DNA from: an uncultured Lachnospiraceae bacterium
GTDB taxonomy: Bacteria; Bacillota; Clostridia; Lachnospirales; Lachnospiraceae
Direction: 5' to 3'
Assembly: GCA_947630005.1 (NCBI GenBank)
Contig: CANRGB010000001.1
Location: 5,119-69,118 of the forward strand
DNA: 64,000 nucleotides
Part shown: in pieces, positions 39,716-49,418 of the stretch
Layout: the number at the start of each line of letters is the position of its first letter
Numbering within the stretch: the first letter of the stretch is position 1
Translations under genes and position numbers: made by a program
The notes under the pieces: model-generated
Database searches by the model: none
The model's input: the letters and a program-made list of their open reading frames with translations, nothing else
What the model was told of the DNA's origin: nothing

Positions 39716-39764
39716 TGTACATTTTATATACATTTATTATATGGTGTTCATTTCTCCTGGTCAA
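39716..39764 (-). promoter_or_regulatory. Antitoxin promoter and TGTACA-type operator
   Basis: TTGACC (39764-39759), 17 bp, TATAAT (39741-39736); TGTATA and TGTACA hexamers just downstream (39732-39716). Confidence 0.72.
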
Positions 39765-39935
39765 GTCCCTTTGCCTGTGTGCTGTTTTGAAAGGTAAATC
39801 CTTATTGACCACAGATAGCAAATCTGGTAAGCTGTAAACATGCAAAATGTAACGGTATTCATTGTATTGGAAGTGATTCCCCCGACAGACCAGCAGGGTC
39901 AGATCACGGACAGACGAAAGGAGTGACGCAGCCTT

Positions 39936-41507
39936 ATGGGAACCTATCTGAATCCGGGAAACGCAGGCTTTCAAACGATCCGCAACAGCCTTTATGTTGA
40001 CAAGTCCGGCCTGATTTCCTGTATAAATGACACGATCGGAACCGTCGATAAGCTCACCTGTGTCAGCCGTCCCAGAAGATTCGGGAAATCTTTCGCCGCA
40101 AAAATGCTGAGCGCATATTATGACAGAAGCTGCGATTCCAGGAATTTATTTCTCGATCTTGAGATTTCCAAAGATCCTTCTTTTGAAAAACATCTGAATA
40201 AATATGAAGTACTCTACCTGGATCTTATCTGGTTTATCTCCAATGCGCCCGATATCAGCCAGACTATTTCCTGTCTTCATGAAAAAGTAATATCCGAACT
40301 AAAAGACACTTTTCCAAATGTAAAGCCAGCGGATGTTCTTCCGGAAATGCTCGAATATATTCATAAGCAGACGGGACTCCAGTTTATCGTCATCATCGAC
40401 GAATGGGACGCCCTGTTCCGCGAAGCAAAAGAAAATACTGACCTGCAGAAAGAGTATATCCGCCTGCTGCGCGGCCTGTTCAAAAGCAGCCAGACCGACA
40501 AAATGATCGCGGCGGCCTATATGACCGGCATCCTTCCGATCAAAAAATATGGAACCCAGTCGGCGATGACCGATTTCAGAGAATACACAATGCTTCAGCC
40601 GGGACCGCTGGCCAGATATTCAGGCTTCACAGAACAGGAAGTTCAGGCTCTCTGCAGCCAGTTTCACATGGATTTCACAGAGGCCAGAAAATGGTATGAC
40701 GGCTATACACTCGGAAGGCTTACGTCCGTTTATAATCCGAATTCCATTATAAGAGCCATGAAGCTGCAGGAATATGATTCCTACTGGACCCAGACAGAGA
40801 CATATGAATCTCTCCGGATTTATATTGACATGAACGAAGATGGTCTGAAAGAAGCGCTCATTCAGATGCTTGGAGGTTCCAGTTTCCCAATAGATACAGG
40901 AACTTTCCAGAATGACATGACCTCAATCAGCAGCAAAGATGATATCTTCACTCTGCTGGTTCATCTCGGCTATCTTGCTTATGATTCCAGGACAGAATCC
41001 GTATTTATTCCCAACGAAGAGATTCGCCGGGAATTTATCCGTTCTGTAAAATTCGGGAAGCATACGGAGATTGCGCGGATGATCCGCGCATCAGACCAGC
41101 TTCTTTGGGACACGTTCAGCCTGAACTGTGAGGCTGTGGCTGCCGCAATCGAGCAGGCGCACAGCGTTGGAACTACCCCCCTGCTCTACAACAACGAACA
41201 GGCGCTGAGAAGTGTTATTCGTTTCGCGTATATCAGCTGCATGAACGAATATACAGAAATACAGGAACTCCCTTCCGGACATGGTTTTGCCGATATTGTT
41301 TATCTGCCAAACCGACATTCCGATAAACCGGCCCTGGTGATCGAATTGAAATGGAACAAAACCGCCGCCGGTGCGATCCGGCAGATCCGGGAGCGCAGAT
41401 ATCCGCAGGTTCTGGAAAAGTTTACTCACGATATCCTTCTGGTGGGAATCAATTATGATGCGGAAACCAAAAAACATACCTGCCAAATTGAGAGATATCA
41501 GAATTAG
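39936..41507 (+). CDS. AAA-ATPase-like + PD-(D/E)XK nuclease protein, paralog 2
   Basis: MGTYLNPGN, YVDKS, RPRRFGKS, IIDEWD, YNPNS, ELPSGHGFAD...VIELKW, QIRERRY. Confidence 0.9.
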   Translation: MGTYLNPGNAGFQTIRNSLYVDKSGLISCINDTIGTVDKLTCVSRPRRFGKSFAAKMLSAYYDRSCDSRNLFLDLEISKDPSFEKHLNKYEVLYLDLIWFISNAPDISQTISCLHEKVISELKDTFPNVKPADVLPEMLEYIHKQTGLQFIVIIDEWDALFREAKENTDLQKEYIRLLRGLFKSSQTDKMIAAAYMTGILPIKKYGTQSAMTDFREYTMLQPGPLARYSGFTEQEVQALCSQFHMDFTEARKWYDGYTLGRLTSVYNPNSIIRAMKLQEYDSYWTQTETYESLRIYIDMNEDGLKEALIQMLGGSSFPIDTGTFQNDMTSISSKDDIFTLLVHLGYLAYDSRTESVFIPNEEIRREFIRSVKFGKHTEIARMIRASDQLLWDTFSLNCEAVAAAIEQAHSVGTTPLLYNNEQALRSVIRFAYISCMNEYTEIQELPSGHGFADIVYLPNRHSDKPALVIELKWNKTAAGAIRQIRERRYPQVLEKFTHDILLVGINYDAETKKHTCQIERYQN

Positions 41508-42039
41508 CAGATGGAAATTCTGAGTTGAAAAAGGGACTGCTGAATCCCGAAACTTACTCTTGAATTCTGCACGCAGGGCACAGATCTGTATCAGCGGATA
41601 TTTTCCAGCGGGCGAAACACACTAAACAGGTTTCGCTCGCTGCTGCTGGCATACTCAGATAATTTCCAGACATATCTCTTTCACACAGATTCAAATCCCT
41701 GTTCTTTTCAGAACCTTGCTTTATTCCGCTGACATTTAAAACCGCAACAAACATATCGCATAATTCACACTACCGCTTCCACAAGCACCTTGCCATCCAT
41801 CAGAATAACTGATTCCTGGCCTGCAGACCCGCATCATACTCTTTGCTGTCAACCAGTTCCTCTGACAAAAAAAGATTATACAGTAAAGTCTCAAAAATAC
41901 GGTTGGAAATGGCGACATTTCCTTCGCTGTTTTTCACCAGTCCAAACATTTCCGCTTCCTCAATTGACTTATTTAACGGATTATAAGGAATATTTTTTCC
42001 GGTACTTGAGAGTTAAAAGTTTATACCATTAAGAATCCA

Positions 42040-42345
42040 GTAAATTCTCACAGGCTTCTGGCATATCCTCCTGTTGTTCCTAAATTATCTTCGTTACGCG
42101 TAATTCCGGGTTCTAATCCAAAAAGCTGAAAAAATGTTTCCTCAATCCATCACCGCAACCTCGGATATCCTTCCTCTGGGTGGAGGCTTCTGGTATCGGA
42201 GCTGGTCCGGGCTGACCTTTCCCATAAAACGGAGAGACAGGATTCGAAGGATCCCCATCGCGATACAGGACAATTCCATATGCATCCCAATGGCATGTAT
42301 GGCCTCCAGCACTTTTTTACGGGAACTCTCTGTTTTCACCTTCTA
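42040..42345 (-). pseudogene. Probable C-terminal remnant of a DDE transposase
   Basis: KVLEAIHAIGMHMELSCIAMGIL...QLRYQKPP.RGRISE resembles, from memory, the C-terminus of Lachnospiraceae IS transposases; broken by stops and frameshifts. Confidence 0.5.
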
Positions 42346-42442
42346 TTTTCACGGAGTGCGACTACCTTTACGGCATGCCCTGACCTCGTGTCAATGGAGA
42401 TACCACTCTCTCCTATCCCGACCACTACTGTAAATTCACTTT

Positions 42443-42486
42443 CGGCAATTCATCCCACCACCTATAGAGACGGGGGAATTCTTGCT
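42443..42486 (-). mobile_element. IS200/IS605-type terminal hairpin (element end remnant)
   Basis: GCAAGAATTCCCCCGTCTCTATAGGTGGTGGGATGAATTGC: an imperfect subterminal hairpin of the kind seen at Firmicutes IS605 ends. Confidence 0.55.
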
Positions 42487-42619
42487 GATTGTTGTTTACC
42501 AGTATTCAATATTTTTTTAATATATCATCGGATTTGTTAGCCTTCTAAAACCAAACTTCCTGATATAGTATTCAAGCGATTGTAAATAAACAGGGAGAGG
42601 CTTTTTGCAGAATATTTGT

Positions 42620-43972
42620 TCACTTATAGTTATTAATTTCATCATATAAATTTACTGCATTTGAAAAATCATACTTATCAAAAAGAGGTGTCCCATTATA
42701 ATTATAGTATTCTGCCCACTTCTCATCATTCGAAAAAAATAATATAATACCATCTTCGATACTGCTAATTTCTTTGTCATGGTCAAAAGTAGTTAATATA
42801 TTACCTTTCATGTCATATATTTGTATTTCAGTATCGTTTTTTATCATTAAAAAATCTTCATTTAATGAAAAATCTTCTCTGTCTTCTATATATACAGGAT
42901 CCATTACTTCTTCCATGTTGTCATTATTAACTAGTCCTACATATTCGCGATCATCAGCACCTTCCATAGTAAAAGCAAAAAAATCATTACTAATTTGAGC
43001 ATATGTAGACGTTTGAGATTTATACACGTAATCTGCAAACTTTCCTGAATATTTTTTGATTTTTTTACTTTCCATATTATATATATAAAATACATCATCT
43101 ACTACAAAAAGAACATAATTTTCAGATATTCCTTTTACCCTTGGATCATGCTCCCAACTAAAAGATAACTTAGGAATATCTATATGTCGTACTTCTCCAT
43201 ATGAATTTACCAACATTAGAAAAGAAGGATATTGTTCGTCATCCTGATCAGCATAGTCAAACACGGTATATTTGTCGTTTTCAAATTTAATATCAAAATT
43301 CCATGGAACATCATACTCGTACCATTTCCCCGATTTAGTAAAATAATATTTATCCCATGGGTCAGAAAAAACTCCTTCTCCGCGATAGTAAAATGTGTAA
43401 CCATCTAATTCGTCTTCCATTTCATTAACTTCCCATTTATCGAGCCCCTTAAAATCGTAGACTAAATTTGTTTCCTCTTCCCCATCTGGCCGAAATAACG
43501 TATATGTATACCCCCCTGGATTATCCCACGATGTCTTTTCTTCTGTTATTGTCCATGTGTATCCCCCTGCCACCCTAAGAACTTTATCTGCTTGATAACT
43601 AGATACTATTTCTCCTGTTTGATTAATTATATATATATTATCCCCAAAATCAAACCAAGAATATCCATCATGAAACTGAGTATAATTTAGTCCTTCAAAA
43701 TCCCAATCTAAATCATTCCAGAACTCACGATCATAATCATCTTGATAATTCCATTCAATATAAAACATCAATTTCCCCTTTTTATTGATGAATCCACGGT
43801 AAAGCAATTCCCCATCACTAAACAAAATTGTAGCAATCTCATCATTATACGGACCAGCTGCATATATACTTATTTTATCAGTATCAAAACATTCTGCATT
43901 TACAGAATATGTACTTAATATGAAAGAAATAAAAATTGACATACATAAACATATAATTATCTTTCTTTTCAT
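42620..43972 (-). CDS. Low-GC secreted acidic protein, probably WG-repeat / beta-propeller-like
   Basis: Signal peptide; repeats such as YRGFINKKGKLMF, FHDGYSW...IINQTGEIV, IYDMKGNIL, YYNYNGTPLF; very AT-rich. Confidence 0.68.
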   Translation of the reverse strand: MKRKIIICLCMSIFISFILSTYSVNAECFDTDKISIYAAGPYNDEIATILFSDGELLYRGFINKKGKLMFYIEWNYQDDYDREFWNDLDWDFEGLNYTQFHDGYSWFDFGDNIYIINQTGEIVSSYQADKVLRVAGGYTWTITEEKTSWDNPGGYTYTLFRPDGEEETNLVYDFKGLDKWEVNEMEDELDGYTFYYRGEGVFSDPWDKYYFTKSGKWYEYDVPWNFDIKFENDKYTVFDYADQDDEQYPSFLMLVNSYGEVRHIDIPKLSFSWEHDPRVKGISENYVLFVVDDVFYIYNMESKKIKKYSGKFADYVYKSQTSTYAQISNDFFAFTMEGADDREYVGLVNNDNMEEVMDPVYIEDREDFSLNEDFLMIKNDTEIQIYDMKGNILTTFDHDKEISSIEDGIILFFSNDEKWAEYYNYNGTPLFDKYDFSNAVNLYDEINNYK

Positions 43973-44074
43973 TATTATTTATCCTTTCATTTTATATTTA
44001 AAAATTAAAAGTTTTCAATAAAAAATTCTTTTACATGTTCTTATAGTATTTAACTGCAAATAATGAACGCATAA

Positions 44075-44295
44075 GATATCTTCCACATCCCAAAAAGAAA
44101 CATTGGAAGTATAGCTTTCCTCCTGTCCGGCAAACGTGATTCCGTTCTGCCGGTATAAGTATTCCAGTCTATCTTTGAACTTCTTAAATGAATGGAACGC
44201 TCACAAAATCCTGGTCGTTCACTTTTCCCAGATGAGACAATCACTGGAAAGTCTCATAGTAGCCGAACATCAAGACGTCCATTTCATTTATGATG
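44075..44295 (-). pseudogene. tnpB: TnpB (IS200/IS605) fragment
   Basis: Manual translation VLMFGYYETFQ*LSHLGKVNDQDFVSVPF / frameshift / KFKDRLEYLYRQNGITFAGQEESYTSNVSFWD matches the TnpB segment G..NNQNFV.IPF...LEY....GI....EESYTS. Confidence 0.72.
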
Positions 44296-44936
44296 ACTAT
44301 TTCTAACAATTTCAGCACATCCCCGGCTTCATGATCTTGCAGTCAATGTCGGATTTTTGCACTTCCTCTACAAACGTATCCGCATATAAACAAAAAATTG
44401 TTTATATATTGTCCAACACTAGAAGATACTCCTGTTCATTCAGATAGTAAGTAATAAATCTATATTAATGGCAGAAGTTAATCTTCCATCTAATCTGCAT
44501 GCTGTAAGGGTTCCTTATACCGTTGACACTCGTCTGGAACCAGATCTAAATGCCAGCAGTTCTTGTTTAAAACCACTCAAAACAAAGCGAAGATCCATAT
44601 GCCAAGTGGCACATGTTTAATACCGATTTTGAGCTCCCATGACGCTTGTTTAGAATCGTCCGGAACGAAATGGAGACTCGAAATGACGTAAGAAGTACAA
44701 AATTCGAATTTCTACAAAAACAACACAAGGAAAGGCCCATATCAAACACGCTTTCGCTAACGTTCGAAACCCGTACAGTGAGTTTCGGCCCATCTAAAGA
44801 TATCTGTCAAAACAGACACAAATCTCATGCGCAAGACTCACGAGTAAACCTTGAACAAAGATATCATCAAAAAAGCAGATAAACCTCCTTCAAGATGATC
44901 CCGATTCCGAGATGTAAGACAAAACTTTCTCGCAGA

Positions 44937-45527
44937 TCATTCCCGGATATTATAGGTAACTTCATTCTCGCCAATTTTAAAAGTTAAAACCAACGGTTCT
45001 GTTCCTTCAATCACAGCATTGGGAAGCGTGCAGCCGATCATATAGAGGCCCTCATACATTGGATCAATACTAAACTGTTGATCTGAAGAAATTCCATCCT
45101 CTGGTTGTCCATCTGCATTCCGTTGAAAAGTCCAGCCTGCATATTGATATTTTTCATTATAAGTCACTACTATTGACGATATATCAGCGTTAAAATCTAC
45201 TGTCTCAGTTTGTTTATTTAATAAAGAAAAATATAAAATAATATAATCTGCTGTATTTCCAGAACTTTCCCAACCAGAACCAAACACATAAAACTCATCT
45301 TGGACAACATACTCTGTCGGTGTAAAATCTGCATAATCCTCTATCTCGACTTTTTTGCCTATTTTAATATCATCCAGTGAAACTGGTTCTGATGTATCTT
45401 CCTCTTCGCCGCCGCCAATCATTACCACACCGAGATCCTGCTCTTCCTCTGCTGCTACTGCCGTACCCAGGATCATTGCCGCTGTCATTACACAGGCTAA
45501 CACGCTCAACCATTTTCTTTTTTTCAT
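44937..45527 (-). CDS. Secreted acidic hypothetical protein, beta-rich
   Basis: Signal peptide MKKRKWLSVLACVMTAAMILGTAVA; RBS GGAGGT. Confidence 0.78.
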   Translation of the reverse strand: MKKRKWLSVLACVMTAAMILGTAVAAEEEQDLGVVMIGGGEEEDTSEPVSLDDIKIGKKVEIEDYADFTPTEYVVQDEFYVFGSGWESSGNTADYIILYFSLLNKQTETVDFNADISSIVVTYNEKYQYAGWTFQRNADGQPEDGISSDQQFSIDPMYEGLYMIGCTLPNAVIEGTEPLVLTFKIGENEVTYNIRE

Positions 45528-45616
45528 TTTCTTTTACCTCCGTTTTTCTTTTCTATAGAGAAACCACAGAAGACGCTACCGTCTGAACTGCGTTTACTCC
45601 CATTTTCGTATTCGCT

Positions 45617-45993
45617 CTACGTCTTATTTCTGAACAGATAAATGTATTTTTTTAACGTAATTTCAACATCTGAGCTGGTTATGTTTCTCTGCTGTCCATC
45701 TGCAATTGTCCGGTCAATTGCGCCATTCTTTAATGTCTCACAGAAGGAAACTACGTTCGCAACATTATATCCTTCTGTCAGCTTCGCGATTTCTTCCACG
45801 CACACATCAGGATCATGCGGCACTCCCCCTATTGCCTTATTAACCAGAAATAATCTCGCCTCATAATCCGGCAGTCCCACATAAATCTTTTCTGTCAAAC
45901 GAGGCGGCCTTAAAAATGCACTGTCAATATCCCACGGTCGGTTGGCCGCCGCCAGAAACAGCAGATTAGAACTGTCTGAAACAGAAAACTCAT
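45617..45993 (-). pseudogene. C-terminal fragment of a classical AAA ATPase (CDC48/Vps4-like)
   Basis: In-frame upstream of the listed ORF: LLFLAAANRPWDIDSAFLRPPRLTEKIYVGLPD (second region of homology). Walker A/B are absent. Confidence 0.78.
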
Positions 45994-46179
45994 CCTTTTC
46001 TTTTGTCGTAATATACTTTTTACTTATTTACATTGTCTCTTATCTGATATAAGTATTTTTCTTCCCTGTGTGGTTTCTCTTCTTTCAGTGCATACTTATT
46101 ACAATTAATTTTAGAGTTTATAACTCTAAAAGTCAATGCCTTTTTCCTGATTTTATATAATCCGTACTGAGGTATAGAT

Positions 46180-46404
46180 ATGAGATACAATGAACGTATA
46201 CGAGAAATTAGAGAAGACCACTTTCTGACACAACAAAAAATAGCTAATTTACTACACATAGGCCAGAGGACATATTCTGATTACGAAAGCGGCAAAACAA
46301 GAATTCCTGTAGACAGTCTTTTAATCTTAGCGAAGTATTACGATGTGTCAATGGATTACATAACTGCCGCAAGTAACATTAAAAACAAATATCCAAGAAA
46401 ATAA
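46180..46404 (+). CDS. XRE-family HTH regulator
   Basis: RIREIRED..LTQQKIA.LL.IGQRTYSDYESG...LAKYYDVSMDYI. Confidence 0.9.
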   Translation: MRYNERIREIREDHFLTQQKIANLLHIGQRTYSDYESGKTRIPVDSLLILAKYYDVSMDYITAASNIKNKYPRK

Positions 46405-46782
46405 TTGAATCCACCTGAAAAATTATTGAGTAGCTTTTTATAAGACAAATATTTCAATTTTAAAAAGTCAGTACAATAAAAATATACCTGTCTGAAAAGA
46501 GATTAAAATCCTTGGAATTATGGCGGCCCAACTTGTTTTTATTATTCAGACAATCTGTCATAAATCTATGAAAAGATGCCAAGGTCGAAAAGTCATGCGT
46601 TCCATGTTCACATGGAAGAGCATGTCACTGAGACCCCAAAAACACCGAAAAGGAGCCATTTTTCATGGAAAAATGTACAGATTTGAGATGTTTCAGGGTG
46701 CGCTTCTTCAATAAAATTTTCATAGGATGGTTTTTTGTCGTGACAAAACAGAAGAAGCCGGACATAAAACACAATTTCCCCT

Positions 46783-46940
46783 TTGATCTGCGCGGACGAG
46801 TTTACAGGGCTTAAGAAAACGATTAGAAGATTAGAACAGCGTTTCCAGCAACAGGATACCGAGATATCTTGTACACCAGGTAAGAAATACGCTGGAATAT
46901 GTTTTAAAGAAAACAAAAAACCATTTCCAGCAGGTCTGTC
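46783..46940 (+). pseudogene. IS256-family transposase remnant
   Basis: Frameshifted pieces ICADEFTGLKKTI / AFPAT / LVHQVRNTLEYV match the IS256 motif ICADGL.G...I..AFP....QRCIVHQVRNTL.YV. Confidence 0.68.
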
Positions 46941-47128
46941 TTCCCCAATGAATAGATAATAAACCGAAAAAAGGTAGACTGAAACCAGAAGCCCGCCAGG
47001 AAAGCACGCTTCCACCGGTTATCATAGAAACCCGGCATTTTCAGCCATCCTTTCACCCGCCCTCTGTCATCTTTTTTCCTGTCCCTTCATACACTTTTCG
47101 TAAGAATCTCCCGCGGAGCTATCTCCTT

Positions 47129-49213
47129 ATGCGCCATTTATCCCGATGCAAAAAAACAATCCTGGCCGCCCTCTTTCTGTTTGCCGCCAGTCTCCTCGTT
47201 TCTGTTCATTTCGGACTGCCTGTCCCCGGAAGCAGTCAGCTTGAAGCCTTTCTGTCCGAAAACCATTTGTTCGAAGCCATTCTTCCGGAAAGCCGCCGTT
47301 TCGACAACTTTACGAGAGAGGTCTTCCGCTCGGAGCTTGCCGGGAACACTCTGAGCCTGCACTACACCGTCGCCGATCCCAAAGCTTTCGGTCTGGACAA
47401 GGCGGAAGCCACTCTGGGAAATCCGGGGCCCGACGGCAGGAAACAGTATTTCTCGGCGCTCGAAAACTATCTGTCCGCCCTTCAGAAATTCGACTATGAC
47501 AAACTTACACAGAAACAGCAGCTCACGCATGATATCTTCCTGGATTATCTTCAGACGGAACTGGAAGCGGCTGACATGTTTCTGTATGAGGAACCGCTCG
47601 GCCCCACGCTCGGCACGCAGGCGCAGCTTCCTGTCCTGCTCGCGGAATATCCTTTCCGCACCAAAAAAGATATCGAAGACTACCTGACTCTGCTCTCCCA
47701 GATACCAGATTACTTCCAGTCCATCCTCACTTTCGAGAACACAAAGTCCGCCGGCGGGCTGTTCATGAGCGATGCGTGCGCACACGAGGTCATTGCACAG
47801 TGCCAGGAGTTTATCGCGGATCCTGAGGAAAATTATCTGCTGGAAATTTTTGACGAAAAGATCGATTCGATCTCCAATCTGACCGCCGATGAAAAAATCG
47901 CTTACAAAAACCGCAGCCGCCAGCTTCTGCAGTCCTGCGTGATTCCCGCGTACCAGCGTCTGATCGACGGTCTGACCTCCCTGCTCGGCACAGGGGTCAA
48001 TCCGAAAGGATTATATTATTATCCTTCCGGATCCGCCTATTACAGATATCTTGTGCGCAGCAGCGTCGGGGACGACCGTCCGGTCGAGGAGATCGAAGCC
48101 GCCATTAAAAAGCAGATGATAGCCGACTATTCCGAGATTCAGAAGCTGCTCGCGGACCGCGGCGCCGTCAATTCCTCCGGTCAGAGCGCCGGTTCTTCCG
48201 CCACGGAAAACAGTTCTGCTGAGACTGACGCTTCCGGTCAGAGCGCTGGTTCCTCCTCCACGGAAAACAGTTCTGCCGAGGCTGACGCTTCCGGTCTGAC
48301 CGCCGATTCTTCCGCCACAGAAAACAGTTCTGCCGAGGCTGACGCTTCCGGTCTGACCGCCGGTTCTTCCGCCACAGAAAACAGTTCCGCTGGGACTGGA
48401 GAATCCGGCACGGCAGCCTCCTCCGATGAGCTCGCGCAGGCGGCATGGGCGGTTGAAGCGCTCTCTCCCGCGGTATCGTCGGATCCCGGATCCATACTGG
48501 AGGAACTGCGTCAGAAGATCATGCAGGATTTCCCGCTTCTTCCGAATGTCACCTGCCAGGTCAAATATGTGCACCAGTCTCTGCAGAAATATCTGAGTCC
48601 GGCTTTTTACCTGACGCCGGCGATCGACGACTATCGGAACAATGTCATCTATATCAATCCGTCCGGCAGTTACAATGATCTGGAACTGTTCACAACGCTG
48701 GCCCATGAGGGATATCCCGGACATCTGTTTCAGTCTGTCTGTTTCAGCAGTTCCGATCCGGATCCGCTGCGTACCATTCTGGGACCGAACGGATACATAG
48801 AGGGCTGGGCTACTTACGCTGAAATGTACGCGTATGGCCTTTGGACAAAAGATACGGCGCTTGCGGCGCTCGGCCAGCGCAATCGTTCTTTCATGCTCGG
48901 GCTGGCTTCCCTGCTCGATATCGGTATTCATTACCGCGGATATTCCCTGGAACAGGTGGAGTCTTTCCTGAACCGTCTGGGTTTTGAGGACAGCACGGCC
49001 GCCTCCCTGTATCAGAGCATCCTGGAGTCACCGGCCAACTATCTGCAGTACTATGTGGGATATCTGAACTTTATGGATCTGAAAGACTATGCCAGAGAAC
49101 TGATGGGAAATGATTTCTCTCTGAAAAACTATCATACGCTGGTGCTGAATGCGGGGCCTGCGCCGTTTCCGATCCTGCGTGCGTATCTTGCAAAGCAGTG
49201 CCAGACACGCTGA
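47129..49213 (+). CDS. DUF885-family membrane-anchored protein (possible metallopeptidase) with an internal Ser/Ala repeat insert
   Basis: N-terminal TM; SPAFYLTP, TLAHEGYPGHL, EGWATYAE, YYVGY, GPAPF; 60-bp tandem repeats at about 48173-48395. Confidence 0.9.
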   Translation: MRHLSRCKKTILAALFLFAASLLVSVHFGLPVPGSSQLEAFLSENHLFEAILPESRRFDNFTREVFRSELAGNTLSLHYTVADPKAFGLDKAEATLGNPGPDGRKQYFSALENYLSALQKFDYDKLTQKQQLTHDIFLDYLQTELEAADMFLYEEPLGPTLGTQAQLPVLLAEYPFRTKKDIEDYLTLLSQIPDYFQSILTFENTKSAGGLFMSDACAHEVIAQCQEFIADPEENYLLEIFDEKIDSISNLTADEKIAYKNRSRQLLQSCVIPAYQRLIDGLTSLLGTGVNPKGLYYYPSGSAYYRYLVRSSVGDDRPVEEIEAAIKKQMIADYSEIQKLLADRGAVNSSGQSAGSSATENSSAETDASGQSAGSSSTENSSAEADASGLTADSSATENSSAEADASGLTAGSSATENSSAGTGESGTAASSDELAQAAWAVEALSPAVSSDPGSILEELRQKIMQDFPLLPNVTCQVKYVHQSLQKYLSPAFYLTPAIDDYRNNVIYINPSGSYNDLELFTTLAHEGYPGHLFQSVCFSSSDPDPLRTILGPNGYIEGWATYAEMYAYGLWTKDTALAALGQRNRSFMLGLASLLDIGIHYRGYSLEQVESFLNRLGFEDSTAASLYQSILESPANYLQYYVGYLNFMDLKDYARELMGNDFSLKNYHTLVLNAGPAPFPILRAYLAKQCQTR

Positions 49214-49418
49214 CAGCACGCAAGAAAATAAATGACGACAGACTGTTCCGCCTTTGCCAGGGGAGAACAAATCAGCCGCCAGACGCGCTTCACATCAAGG
49301 GGGCGGGCGGCCCCTTGCGGAAACCGCCCATGTGTGACACTATAACAAGTCACCGATGAATCAAAAAGGCGCTTCAGATTACGCATCTGAAACGCCTTCG
49401 TTCATCGTGTTAAGAATA

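Noticed and set aside
41530-41990. Short ORFs after the second AAA-nuclease gene
   Set aside because: No recognisable motif or RBS; probably decayed sequence.
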